Position numbers and translations under genes: made by a program. A stretch of DNA of 62,902 nucleotides, filler included, from Octopus bimaculoides (taxonomy: Eukaryota): the NCBI RefSeq assembly GCF_001194135.2. It is 7 parts of 5 records of this genome, joined end to end, with 100 filler letters (N's around TTAATTAATTAA, not from the genome) between each part and the next. Parts side by side here need not be neighbours in the genome. Positions count along the whole stretch, not along the records: positions 1 to 29,381 come from NC_068982.1; positions 29,482 to 42,984 come from NC_069008.1; 5 more parts are not named here. One strand, 5' to 3'. A model generated the notes under the pieces. It was not told the origin of the DNA, searched no databases, and was given only the letters and a program-made list of their open reading frames with translations. Shown here piece after piece: positions 22,848 through 34,762 of this stretch. Position 1 is the first letter of the stretch. Each line of letters begins with the position of its first letter.

Positions 22848-23789
22848 TATTGTTTTGAGCTGAGTGGGGGTGCTAGATTCCCTTGTTCGAAAATATAAGG
22901 ACACAGATTGTGTCGTATAGCCAGCTAGAGACGATGTCTCCTGGGGCTAAATTACAGCAACATTAGTCCTAAGCCAGTACTGCCAAGTTATGTTGGCAAA
23001 CAGTCTTTACTGCCATGTATTTAGTTTAAAATGCAGTAAAAATAGGGTGGGGGGTCAGTGGGACCCCAATTAGGTGGCCCTTAAAAAAATAGACCCCACC
23101 CCCACCCTTTGGACACTCCCTGGGATTAGGGGAGTTGCTGGTTTGAATTTCATTGTCCTTGCGACAACAGTCTAGGAGGAGTTAATGAACATAAAAGCAT
23201 AACAGACAGAGCAACATCACTCAAATTTATTATAGGATTATGATTTAGGGGTAGCAATACTAATAAACAATTATTAGAAATCAATATACATATGCTTTAG
23301 AATAAAGAATGTCATATAGATTATTGAAAGACAAAGGAACAGGAATGATGTAATCAATTTCATTAGCTAACAGCTGTTTCTGCTACCAGATGTTGCCACT
23401 GCTTCTTATAGCCAAAAACAGTTGTAAGCTAATGAAGAGCATTACACATTATTCCTGTTCACTTGTTACTCAATAATTGACATATATATATATATATATA
23501 GAGCTATATTTGTATACCAATTGAGAGAGAGAGAAAGAGGGAGAGGGAGATTTACATTTGTTCTCAGACAAGCTCTGATTAAGCAGCTCTACAATATCTC
23601 CCAGTCTTTTCGTATACCAGTGACTAAATGATCTATTGCATCCTTTTTTAGAAGGGTATATTAGAGGTGATATGAAGACCAGCAGATGATCATGGTTGGA
23701 TCAATGTCTGCTGAGCTCTAGAGACTGATTGGCAAATTTGATTCTTTAGTGTGTTTAGCAAGATCAGCATCAACATGGCCAAGATCATA

Positions 23790-24660
23790 GCAGCCACATG
23801 GAAACCAGAGCAACTTACCATCTAATGTCAAGATGTCAAGTACAAACACTTGGGCTCCATTATTGATTTCAAATTTTGGCACAGGGCCAGCAAGGCTGAG
23901 GAAGTGTGTAAGTCAATTATATCAGCCCCAGTGTTCAACTTGTACTTATCTTATCAACCCTGAAAGGATGAAAGGCAAAGTTAACCTTGACAGAATTTGA
24001 ACTCAACATAAAGATGATCAAAATGCTGTTAAGCATTTTGCCTGGCAGGCTAACAATTCTGCGAGCTCACTTGCCTTACCTGGCCTCCTTAATTAACAGG
24101 AGACTGCCATGAGGAAATCAGAGCAAGACTTGGTGCAGAAAGATCAACCCAGATGTCACTCAATATAAGGTGGTGAGCTGGCAGAAACATTAACACACCG
24201 GGCGAAATGCTTAGCAGTATTTCTTCTGTCTTTATGTTCTGAGTTCAAATTCTGCCGAGGTCGACTTTGCCTTTCATCCTTTCAGGGATGATAAATTAAG
24301 CACCAGTTACATACTGGGTCGATCTAATCGACTGGACCCTCCCCCAAAATTTTGGGCCTTGTGTCTTGAGTAGAAAGAATGTCACTCAATATGGAGTGAC
24401 TTAGCCCTCAGCAAAAGCAATAAGAAGAAACTCCTAAAATCCCTGGTGTGACAAGTAGCATTGAATGGGTGTGAAGCATGGACCCTAAGGGTGGCTGATA
24501 CCAAGCAACTGAAGGTGTTTGAGATGATATGTTACATCTCCTCAAGGAGATGGGAGTAAAACAATTATTGGTGATGGTGGTCAGACAGAGAAAACTACAA
24601 TATTTTGACAGCATTATCAGGACTCAGAATTTCTGGACCTGCATTCTTGGCGGCTTAGTA
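23790..24660 (+). mobile_element. RTE-type LINE relic interrupted by two SINEs
   Basis: KYKHLGSII / GDCHEEIRARL / NGCEAWTL...LKVFEMICY / RQRKLQYF motifs. Confidence 0.65.
24167..24378 (+). mobile_element. Short tRNA-derived SINE family D
   Basis: 14-bp TSD ATGTCACTCAATAT (24153-24166, 24379-24392); GAGTTCAAATT B box; GCCTTTCATCCTTTC-GG--GATAAATTAAGTACCAG block. Confidence 0.9.
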
Positions 24661-25719
24661 GACAGACAATGAGCTCATGGGTGACAAAGATGACATCAAC
24701 CATCAACAACTGAATGAGAGGGACCCCCTGGTGGAGTATAAGACTGCAACACAAGATTGCAGAATGCGGTGAGAAGGGGTAGTTGTGTCTGAGACTCCTT
24801 ATTCTCTGCCATGAGGTTGGGCATATTCTTTCATTCGTATACTTGTGTGTATGTGCATATACACAAGTGTATATGTGTGCAGATGTATGTAATTTATATT
24901 TTAAAAACTATTACCTGCTTATGTTGTCTTAGTAACACTAAGATGCAAAGTCTGTTTCTGTATTCCATACTTTTAGAGAAAGCACTTCAGTGTGGAGAAG
25001 AACTGTTTGAATGAAATGTACTCTTAAGCACATACCTGTTTGGATGAAGGGTGTGTAGGTGTGGTTGTGTATGTGTGTGGGGTGTATATATATATATATA
25101 TCTATATATCTATCTATATATATATATATATATAAACATAATTAAGGGATCAGCAACAGTTGCTTCACCACATACCAAAGTTCAGAAATAGACATAATTT
25201 AAATATATACTTTAACCATATAACACAAGCCTTCTGTACTTTTTTCACTCAGACAAATAGAGATAATGTGTGTGTGTGTGTAGTAAAGTAACTCAGCTAG
25301 GATTTGATCTACTAATTCTTTGATTCTCTCAGAGTGGGCATCAGCTTATTTCCCCATTGAAGGACAAGAAATGATTGTCTCATGTACTTTACAACTAATC
25401 AGAAAATTCAACTCGACCTTTTGCAACCTCATCTTATAACATATTTTTTTTTTAATTTCCCAATATTACCATGATGAAGAAAGGTCATTGCAGACAGCTT
25501 GCATCCTACTTTCTGACTGACACAACAGCAATCACATTTAGTCTCAATTTCAAAAGAAGGAACCAATGCTGAGAGACAGAGTCTTCACTACCACAACTGC
25601 AGCTTCAGCAATAATAGAGAAGGCCGTTCTTCATCACTACCATTATCTCTTTAACACAACAAACAGGTTTTTTTCTTTCCTCGTCACCATTGCTTACTTC
25701 AAAAGAATCATAGCTACTA

Positions 25720-26300
25720 CGAGGGGGTGCTGAAAAGTTCCTGGCTTTGGGTAAAAGAAAATACAGGAGAATCAGGAAAAAGGAGCACTCCGTCGGTTAC
25801 GGCGACGAGGGTCCCAGCTGATGCGATCAACGAAACAGCTTGCTCGTGAAATTAACGTGCAAGTGGCTGAGCAATCCACAGACACGTGTACCCCTAACAT
25901 AGTTTTCAGGGAGATTCAGCATGACACAGAGTGTGACAAGGCCGGCCCTTTGAAATACAGATACAACTCATTTTTGCCAGCTGAGTGGACTGGAGCAATG
26001 TGATATAAAGTGTCTTGCTCAAGGACACAACGCATCGCCGGGAATTGAACTCACGACCGTACAATCGTGAGCCGAATGCCCTAATCACTAAGTTACACGC
26101 CTTCACAGGAGAATCAGTTAATTATGATTTTATTCAACATATTCCCCTCTCAGATTTACACAATTATTGCAGCGGTCCTTCAGTTTTTCTAGGCCCTATA
26201 AAAGAACTCGGAACAAGGCCCTATAAAAGAACTCAGAACCAGGCCTTGAACCAGCCTTTCACAATATCATTAAAGCCAGGAACTTTCAGCATCCCCATCG
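25720..26300. mobile_element. Mariner-type MITE (same family as 576) interrupted by a SINE
   Basis: TA then CGAGGGGGTGCTGAAAAG left TIR; right TIR near 26280-26300; internal tandem duplication of about 25 nt near 26190-26240. Confidence 0.8.
25776..26104 (-). mobile_element. SINE sharing the family C 3' module but with a different head and middle
   Basis: 13-bp TSD ACAGGAGAATCAG (25763-25775, 26105-26117); tRNA-like head; TTGAGCAAGACAC block. Confidence 0.85.
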
Positions 26301-28141
26301 CACAGCAATCAAGCATCAAATATTCAGTAACTTCTACAAGTGACCAGCTGTCACACCTGCAATCATACAAATGCTTTGCCCAATCAAGCATTCTCATATA
26401 TACTACTAAACACATATATTCTTTAATTCTTTTTCTTGTTTCAATCATTAGATTGTGGCCATGTAGGAGCACTGCCTTGAAGAATGTTTTTTAGCCAAAT
26501 GAATCAATCCCAGTACTTTTTTCTTCTATTGGTCACATTTGCTGAACCACTAAGGTACAGGGATGTAAACACACCAACACCAGTTGTCAAGCAGCAGTAG
26601 GCAACAAACACAAAAACACACACACACACACATATATACGACAGGCTTCTTTCAGTTTCCGTTTGCCATATTCATTCACAAGGCTTCAGTCAACCTTAGG
26701 GTATAGTAGAAGACACTTGCCCAAGGTGTCAAGCAGTGGGGATGAACCTGGAACCATGTGGTTGGGAAACAATCATCTTATTACACAGCCATGCCTATGC
26801 CTATATATACACCCGAATTATTAAAGACTCAATTGTTAAATGTAAAAGTTTGTAAATATATATATTTTTTATACATCATAATGTAGGTGTGAATGTGTGG
26901 TTAAGAAGTATATTTCCCAACCATATGGTTTCATGGCATGGTACCTTGAGCAAGTGTCTTCTATTATGGACCAGGGCAAACCAAAACCATAAAAGAAGTC
27001 CGTGTGTGTGAGTGCATGTGTGTATGTATGTTTCTGTGTGTTTTTGTGTGTGTGTGTTTCTTTGTCTTGACATCATGTGACAAGGTGAATGAGAGAGAAA
27101 ATTTTGCATTCAAATTTCTTTCTCTTGTTTATTGAGAGAAGATAAAAGTAGTAAATATTGGATAAAAAATTAAACTAACAAAAATAAAATTCAAGAACTA
27201 TTTTATTTTGAAATACAAAAATAATACACTAAAAAAATGTATTTTACAAAAAAGAAAGAATACAGGTAGTTAAAAAAAAACTATGCAGCTTTATTCATTA
27301 GAGTATGCATTGTACTGTGAGATCTGATGTCTTAGTAGACAGAAAGAAACTGCTATTACTTTAGCTTGGTGTTATATAGTTTTATAAAAGCAATTTTTTA
27401 TTATTCGTTAACATCAATGTATCATATTTACTCTTGCATCACACACATTCATCATTCAGGTATTCAGGATTACATATTTGGAATTAGATTACAAGAAATC
27501 AACCTTGTGGTAGACTGTACCTATCAGTGAATTGAATAAAAACATAAGAAAAGCTGACCATAAGGATAATTGCTTATGTAATATGGATTATCTTACTTAT
27601 GACAAATAATAAAAAAAAATAATCAAATATTAAGGAAATAAAATGCTTCTCTTTTAACTGTTTAGGGTTTTGCTCCTGGGTTTTACTTTTCAAATTATTT
27701 GCCTAAATTATTTTCCCTTATTGTATTAGTATGGGTAACTCCAAACAACTTATCTTGTTAAAGAGCATCCTGCTCAAAATATTAAAATCCATTTCTTTTC
27801 CTCACATTTTAATACTCTAACTTTTGAAAAATTATTGCTTATTTGGTTTTACTTTTGCCAGTGAAGACCAATGCCTAACCACCTTAAATTGTACATTGCC
27901 TGTAACTAACCAAATAAATAACAAACAAATAACTAACCAAATTTGGTATTATTCATCTGACACCCAAAGGATGATACACAAATTATTATACCGTTTTTTT
28001 TCAACTCTCAAATCTCCATCAAAGCATGGTTTGATCCATTAAAAGACAAGATAAATGTAAACTATTATGTTTATGCTTTTCTCTTCTCAAAAGGTATTTT
28101 ATGAAACAAGTGATGTGGAAATGTTATAGCCAGATTCAAAT

Positions 28142-28380
28142 CCAACTGACAAACTTCCGGTCTATCCCTTGAGCATTCAGACTATTCTGTCAAATGTAAT
28201 GCTTATTTATTCATTTTTTTAACTATACATCATCTTATAACTTCAAGGTTTTGATAAGATTGTTTACTTTCAGAATGACATTGTAGAATAGGTGTGAAAT
28301 GCCAAATCTAGTTAGTTTGAACATAAAGCAGGTAAAATATTTTAACCGGATATGACTGATTTAAATGCTTAAAGGGTCAA
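28142..28380. mobile_element. piggyBac-type MITE (degenerate)
   Basis: CCCTTGAGCATTCAG...AATGCTTAAAGGG; collinear with 95-321. Confidence 0.55.
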
Positions 28381-28698
28381 TCTCAAAGGCATCCCTGACA
28401 TGACCATCCAATCAATTTTTCTTTTTTCGAATAATATATCTAAGACCACATAATCCAATGTGGCCTTCCGTTTTTAAAACAAGTAGGGTGTGATTTCAGG
28501 GAGATTTAGCTATTATTTCCATCAGATCAGGGAGAAACATACAGGCTTTCTTGTTTGCTCTGAAACTTATTAATTGTCATGCATACTCTTTACTAGTTGA
28601 TCATATTATTGATTTCTCATCAATTTAGGTATTTCATTGTATTATTTGGTAGAACATAGTGATGTCATACAAAATAGTATTCTTATTAGTGTTAAAGA

Positions 28699-28730
<32 letters not shown>

Positions 28731-29297
28731 GCAACAACTGATTGTTAACAAAATTATGAAGAATAAATGAAATTTGTATCAAATTGTTTTGCTTATTAAG
28801 TAATTACATATAACCAAATACAGAGAACAAATCAGTTAGCACCACTGCAGCAAGAAGTCCCTGATGATTTTAATTGCATTTCTTGACTGTCAAGTAATTC
28901 AAATGGATTGGTAATCTGAAAAAAAAGAGAAAAAAACTTTTATTTATATATACTTTCGTATATATATTCAATAATATATAATATACATTGTCCTGTTATT
29001 ATTCCTGCTGTACTTGTGTAACATTGTTCGTTTTTTCCGTCCTTGTTTTTGTATACATTCGCTGCTTTCTACCAAGGAATCTAATGCTCTAAGCTTAGTT
29101 TTTCCTTGGAGCTGGCCAGATTGGAGCAATATTGAGAATAACCAGCCGAAATTGCAAGGATAATCTGGATCTCGACTGAAGAGAGAAAACTCCGAATGAC
29201 CTGTCCGTGTTTTCTTTGTATCGTCTATCTGGATGTTTTGTCCCTTTCTTGTATCACCTAACTGTCTGGATGTTTTGTGTTCTGGTCCCATTCTGTA

Positions 29298-29338
<41 letters not shown>

Positions 29339-29425
29339 GAGAGAGAACTGTGGAGCCGACCTGGAGTAGAGAGGGTATGTCNNNNNNNNNNNNNNNNNNN
29401 NNNNNNNNNNNNNNNNNNNNNNNNN

Positions 29426-29437
29426 TTAATTAATTAA
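29426..29437. other. Artificial six-frame-stop linker TTAATTAATTAA inside a 100-nt gap (also 43029, 51245, 55433, 57360, 60584)
   Basis: Each is exactly 44 N + 12 nt + 44 N. Confidence 0.95.
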
Positions 29438-29582
29438 NNNNNNNNNNNNNNNNNNNNNNNNNNNNNNNNNNNNNNNNNNNNACATGTAAACAGAGGACTG
29501 TGGTATCTAAGACAACAAATTGAACCATAATAGATTAACTCTCAGACATTTGTCAGCTTTTCAGAATTGCTCAAGAAATACT

Positions 29583-31180
29583 ATGGAGAACGTTGATCGT
29601 TTGAACACTTCTAACACAATTGTTTTGAATGATACAGATACAGTTAGAGAGACAGACGGAGATGAGGAAACTGTCAATGGTGAAGTATTTACTAAAGAAA
29701 GATCGTTACAGGGAAATATCGCTGAATATAGATGTGATGTTTGTAGGAAGACATTCTCTTCTGAACACGAAGTCTTTAAACACAAAGAAGTACACAATAG
29801 TGAAAAACCCTATAATTGTAAAATATGTGGAAAATATTTTGTCTCTAACAGTGGTTTAACAAAACACAAACCGATACATGCTGGAGAAAGACTGTTTCAT
29901 TGTGAGATATGTGGAAAATCGTTTATTAGCAATTTCCTTCTTGCAATACACACGCGTAGTCACACTGGGGAAAAACCATTTAAGTGTGAAATATGTGCGA
30001 AATCATTTGTCTCAAAAAGTAGGCAAAAAATTCACAAAAGAATCCACACTGGAGAAAACAGCTGTTGTTGTGAGATTTGTGGCAAATATTTTCTTTGTAA
30101 TAGTGATTTAAACATACATAAACGAACACATACCGGAGAGAAACCACATCACTGTGAGGTGTGTGGAAAAAGTTTTAGTCAAACTTCTAGTCTTGCAGTT
30201 CACAAACGTAGTCACACTGGAGAAAAACCTTTCCATTGCAAAGTGTGTGGGAAATCTTACACTAAAAATTCTAATCTTGTTATTCACTTACGTAGTCACA
30301 CTGGAGAAAAACCTTACCATTGTGAAATATGTGGTAAATCATTCTCTGATAATTCTTATATTGTAGTTCACAAACGAACTCACACTGGAGAGAAGCCTTT
30401 CCATTGTGAAATATGTGGTAAATCATTTGTCAGTAAGAGCCTCTTAAACACACACAAATTAAATCACTCTGGAAGAAAACTGCTTCTCTGTGAAATATGC
30501 GGGAAATCTTTCACTCAAAATTCTACTCTTGTCATACATAAACGAAGTCACGCAGGAGAAAAACCTTATCGTTGTAAAATATGTGGGACATTTTTTGTCA
30601 CAAAAAGTCATTTAACAGAACACAAAACAATACACACAGGAGAGAAAGCATTCGAATGCCAAATATGTGGGAAATCTTTCTCAAACTATTCTAAAGTTGT
30701 CATGCATAAACGAAGTCACACAGGAGAAAAACCTTATCATTGTGAAATATGTGGGGCATTGTTTGCCTATAATAGTAACTTAATAAAACACAAAAGAATA
30801 CACAAAGGTGAGAAAACATTTGACTGTCAAATATGTGGGAAATCTTTTGTTTGTAGCAGCGACTTAATTAGACATAAAAGAATGCATACTGGAGAAAAAC
30901 CTTTCCAATGTGAAATATGTGGAAAATCTTTTTCTCAGAATTCTGGTCTTGTAATTCACAAACATATTCACACGGGAGAAAAGCTTTTCCACTGTGAAGT
31001 ATGTGGAACATCGTTCTTGTCTAACAGTGCCTTAACAAAACACAAAAGAAAACATACTGGAGAGAGACCATTTGGCTGTGAAATATGTGGGAAATCTTTT
31101 GTTTGTAGCAGCGACTTAATTAGACATAAAAGAATGCATACTGGAGAAAAACCTTTCCAATGTGAAATATGTGGAAAATC
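29583..31180 (+). CDS. C2H2 zinc-finger protein, paralogue 1 (17 complete fingers, 18th runs into a gap; 3' end missing)
   Basis: First ATG (MENVDRLNT) lies 18 nt after a TTTTCAG acceptor; the track's TTG start at 29520 is intronic. Repeated CxxC-x12-HxxxH with TGEKP-like linkers. Confidence 0.92.
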
Positions 31181-32079
31181 NNNNNNNNNNNNNNNNNNNN
31201 NNNNNNNNNNNNNNNNNNNNNNNNNNNNNNNNNNNNNNNNNNNNNNNNNNNNNNNNNNNNNNNNNNNNNNNNNNNNNNNNNNNNNNNNNNNNNNNNNNNN
31301 NNNNNNNNNNNNNNNNNNNNNNNNNNNNNNNNNNNNNNNNNNNNNNNNNNNNNNNNNNNNNNNNNNNNNNNNNNNNNNNNNNNNNNNNNNNNNNNNNNNN
31401 NNNNNNNNNNNNNNNNNNNNNNNNNNNNNNNNNNNNNNNNNNNNNNNNNNNNNNNNNNNNNNNNNNNNNNNNNNNNNNNNNNNNNNNNNNNNNNNNNNNN
31501 NNNNNNNNNNNNNNNNNNNNNNNNNNNNNNNNNNNNNNNNNNNNNNNNNNNNNNNNNNNNNNNNNNNNNNNNNNNNNNNNNNNNNNNNNNNNNNNNNNNN
31601 NNNNNNNNNNNNNNNNNNNNNNNNNNNNNNNNNNNNNNNNNNNNNNNNNNNNNNNNNNNNNNNNNNNNNNNNNNNNNNNNNNNNNNNNNNNNNNNNNNNN
31701 NNNNNNNNNNNNNNNTCAATCTAAATATTTTGTTAAAAAATGTTATGAATTTGGAAATTAAAATCCTTTTATTTTAATATTTGTTGCATTATATTTTCTG
31801 GTCAGTTGATGGAATTTCTTAAAAAATTGATTCTTGATTGAAAACGTTCTTTTATTAAATGACATGAAACCACCTTTGCACTGCCAACTCCCTTATAATC
31901 AGGGTCTGAATTATTCCCCTTCCACTTGCCCTTCCAATCCAAGCTTCAGGTTTGTGCTTTCCAATCTTCATTTCTACTCGCTGTTCTTTTATTCTTGTTT
32001 CAGTCATTCAAATATGGCCATACTGGAGCACCACCTTAAAGGTGACGCTGCACCTCATGGAGGCAGTAACAAGTGATGG

Positions 32080-32580
32080 TCACTCTTAGCGATATACTGT
32101 GCTTCAGAAGACTCATCAAGCCAAGTGAGACCATAGTCATAGCTGATGCCAGTATCGTGTGAATGGCACCCATGAAATTGTAACCATGGCTGTTACCATT
32201 AGCATGACCCTCAAATGTAGGGCCTCACGAAGACCATGTCAAGTGATCGAGACTTTTGGTGATTTGCAGGATTTGAAACAGCTCATGAAGCCAAGTGAAA
32301 TCTTAGTAGTCGCCATTGCATGAGTCATGTAAATCATATCCATGAAATTGTAATCATAGCCATTGCTACTGTCATGTAAATGGCACCAGTGCCAGTGGCA
32401 CAAAAGAGCTACCCATTACACTCTTATAGGAGTTGGTGGTAGGAAGGGCATCCAGCTGTAGAAACCATGGCAATCCAGACTAGAACCTGGTGCAGCCTTC
32501 CGGCTTTCCAGTTCCAATCAAACTGTCTCACCCATGCCAGCATGGAAAGCGGACGTTAAATGATGAAGATGATGATGGTA
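32080..32580 (+). mobile_element. Retroposon family B, long copy
   Basis: Extended 5' part (CAAGCCAAGTGA twice) plus the module and (GAT)n tail. Confidence 0.6.
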
Positions 32581-32620
32581 ACGATACATATATATATATG
32601 TGTCTATGTAGTATAAAAAA

Positions 32621-32651
<31 letters not shown>

Positions 32652-34525
32652 NNNNNNNNNNNNNNNNNNNNNNNNNNNNNNNNNNNNNNNNNNNNNNNNN
32701 NNNNNNNNNNNNNNNNNNNNNNNNNNNNNNNNNNNNNNNNNNNNNNNNNNNNNNNNNNNNNNNNNNNNNNNNNNNNNNNNNNNNNNNNNNNNNNNNNNNN
32801 NNNNNNNNNNNNNNNNNNNNNNNNNNNNNNNNNNNNNNNNNNNNNNNNNNNNNNNNNNNNNNNNNNNNNNNNNNNNNNNNNNNNNNNNNNNNNNNNNNNN
32901 NNNNNNNNNNNNNNNNNNNNNNNNNNNNNNNNNNNNNNNNNNNNNNNNNNNNNNNNNNNNNNNNNNNNNNNNNNNNNNNNNNNNNNNNNNNNNNNNNNNN
33001 NNNNNNNNNNNNNNNNNNNNNNNNNNNNNNNNNNNNNNNNNNNNNNNNNNNNNNNNNNNNNNNNNNNNNNNNNNNNNNNNNNNNNNNNNNNNNNNNNNNN
33101 NNNNNNNNNNNNNNNNNNNNNNNNNNNNNNNNNNNNNNNNNNNNNNNNNNNNAAGGCACACATATAAGAGCAGAAACATTTGCCGGCAACCGCTCTTAAA
33201 AAACGATTTAATTCTTTATATATACTGTTCAGTATTTACGTGTTGAAACAATATATCTTTCTACTTACTCTACAATATATTTCAACGCTTCAAAAACAAA
33301 CCTATGTTCATTTACATATAAGGTGATATAGAGAGAAGATACTTGGCAATCCCAACAGCGATAGTCAAGTGTCTTGTCTTTAGTAAAGCACCTATCTCTA
33401 TACCTCTCTTATACTCTAAACTCTCACTTGGCTCTATGCCACTTCCTTCAAATCCACTCAGTACACTTCATAAAGTGATTGGCATGAGGAAGGGCATCTA
33501 ACTATAGAAACCATGCTAAAACCAGACATTAGGAGCTGGAGCAGCTCTTCAGCCAGCCAGCTCTTGTCAAACCGTCCAACCCATGCCAGCATTAAAGACA
33601 GACATTAAATGATAATGAAGATGATGACATAAATATGGAAGACATGAAAAGTATGTCTGTTGAGGCACCAATCATTCAACCACCTTGTATGCCGAGTTTT
33701 ATCTCACTACATGTTTACTGTGTTCTGTAAATCATTTGAAGTGTATATGTTAAAGATTTCATGAAAAAACGTCAATTTTCCTGGGAGTTAAGTGAAAACA
33801 ATGTTGGTTTGCACATTTGTGTAGGTATGCCTATATGAATGTGTGAAATTATTAAAGTACATATTATTAACGATAAGAATTTGTTCAACGTCTTCTGAGT
33901 GAAACCTATGGCTACAGTTCACCTGCATCGATTATCTCTGACTCAAACTCACTATAACTCCATTTGTTGCTTTAAGTTTCCATCTGCCAGCATGAGCGCC
34001 GTGAAACACTTTGCATCTTATTATATGGAAGATAAGATTTCAAAAATAGATAAATAAATAAAAGACTAAAGGAACAACGAAGTAGAGATGCTGTTAAAGA
34101 AAGAGAGTAGAATATCTGTTGGATAATTTAGAAAACTGTGGTGTCCCTGCAACCAAGTCTTTCGGAATACCTTTAAAGTCAGAAGCGCCCATCGTATACA
34201 TTAATACTATATCCCAGGCGCAGTTATAGATAGTTTAAAACTATATTCTAACCAAACTTTTATCTTTCACTGGGGACTTTCATGTTTGTCACCGCTGTTA
34301 TCCAAACGTGGGAAAAAGTATCATCGACACCGTCTACTGTGTTTGTTTGTCTAATTATTGGAGCTAAATCTAATTACGTCGTATGTTGTAATTATCTCCT
34401 GTTAAGGTGAAAGTTACTCTTTGTGGATAAGACAAGTGTGATGGTCGGTGATCCAACACTTTCATGATTAAATTCTTTTTTGATCACGGATTTACATCGT
34501 TAATTGATCGTTCCCTATTTTACAG

Positions 34526-34624
34526 GACAAGGGAAAATAGCTTTTGATCAACAACAAATCAATCAACGAACTTTCTTCAGCTTTCTTCACTTTTCATTTG
34601 GACTTTATATCAAACATTCTACTG
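34526..34624 (+). other. Putative 5' UTR exon of zinc-finger paralogue 2
   Basis: TTTTACAG acceptor and GTGAGT donor, then a 120-nt intron to the acceptor at 34744. The intron end is near-identical to the one before paralogue 1. Confidence 0.55.
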
Positions 34625-34762
34625 GTGAGTAGAAAATACATCTACATTACATCTGTTCCACACATGTAAACAGAGGGCTGTGATATCTAAGACAACAAAT
34701 TGAACCATAATAGATTAACTCTCATTCATTTGTCAGCTTTTCAGAATTGCTCAAGAAATACT

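Larger units (their letters stand above)
22576..23012. mobile_element. Foldback element: about 213-bp inverted arms with a 10-nt loop, each arm carrying a hammerhead motif (Penelope pLTR-like)
   Basis: Hand alignment gives about 17 differences between the arms and an exact stretch of about 80 nt. No TSD found. Confidence 0.75.

Noticed and set aside
25450-25700. Minus-strand Cys- and acid-rich peptide fragments (DSFEVSNGDEERKK, ETKCDCCCVSQK)
   Set aside because: Frames are short with stops and no recognisable family.
29171-29205. CTGAAGA-GAG-AAAA-CTC-CGAAT hammerhead-like string
   Set aside because: GAAA is broken and there is no stem I or III pairing. May be a decayed pLTR but cannot be supported.
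29520-29582. TTG-initiated N-terminal extension MNHNRLTL... of the ZNF ORFs (also 34700-34762)
   Set aside because: Non-ATG start lying upstream of a TTTTCAG acceptor, so mostly intronic.
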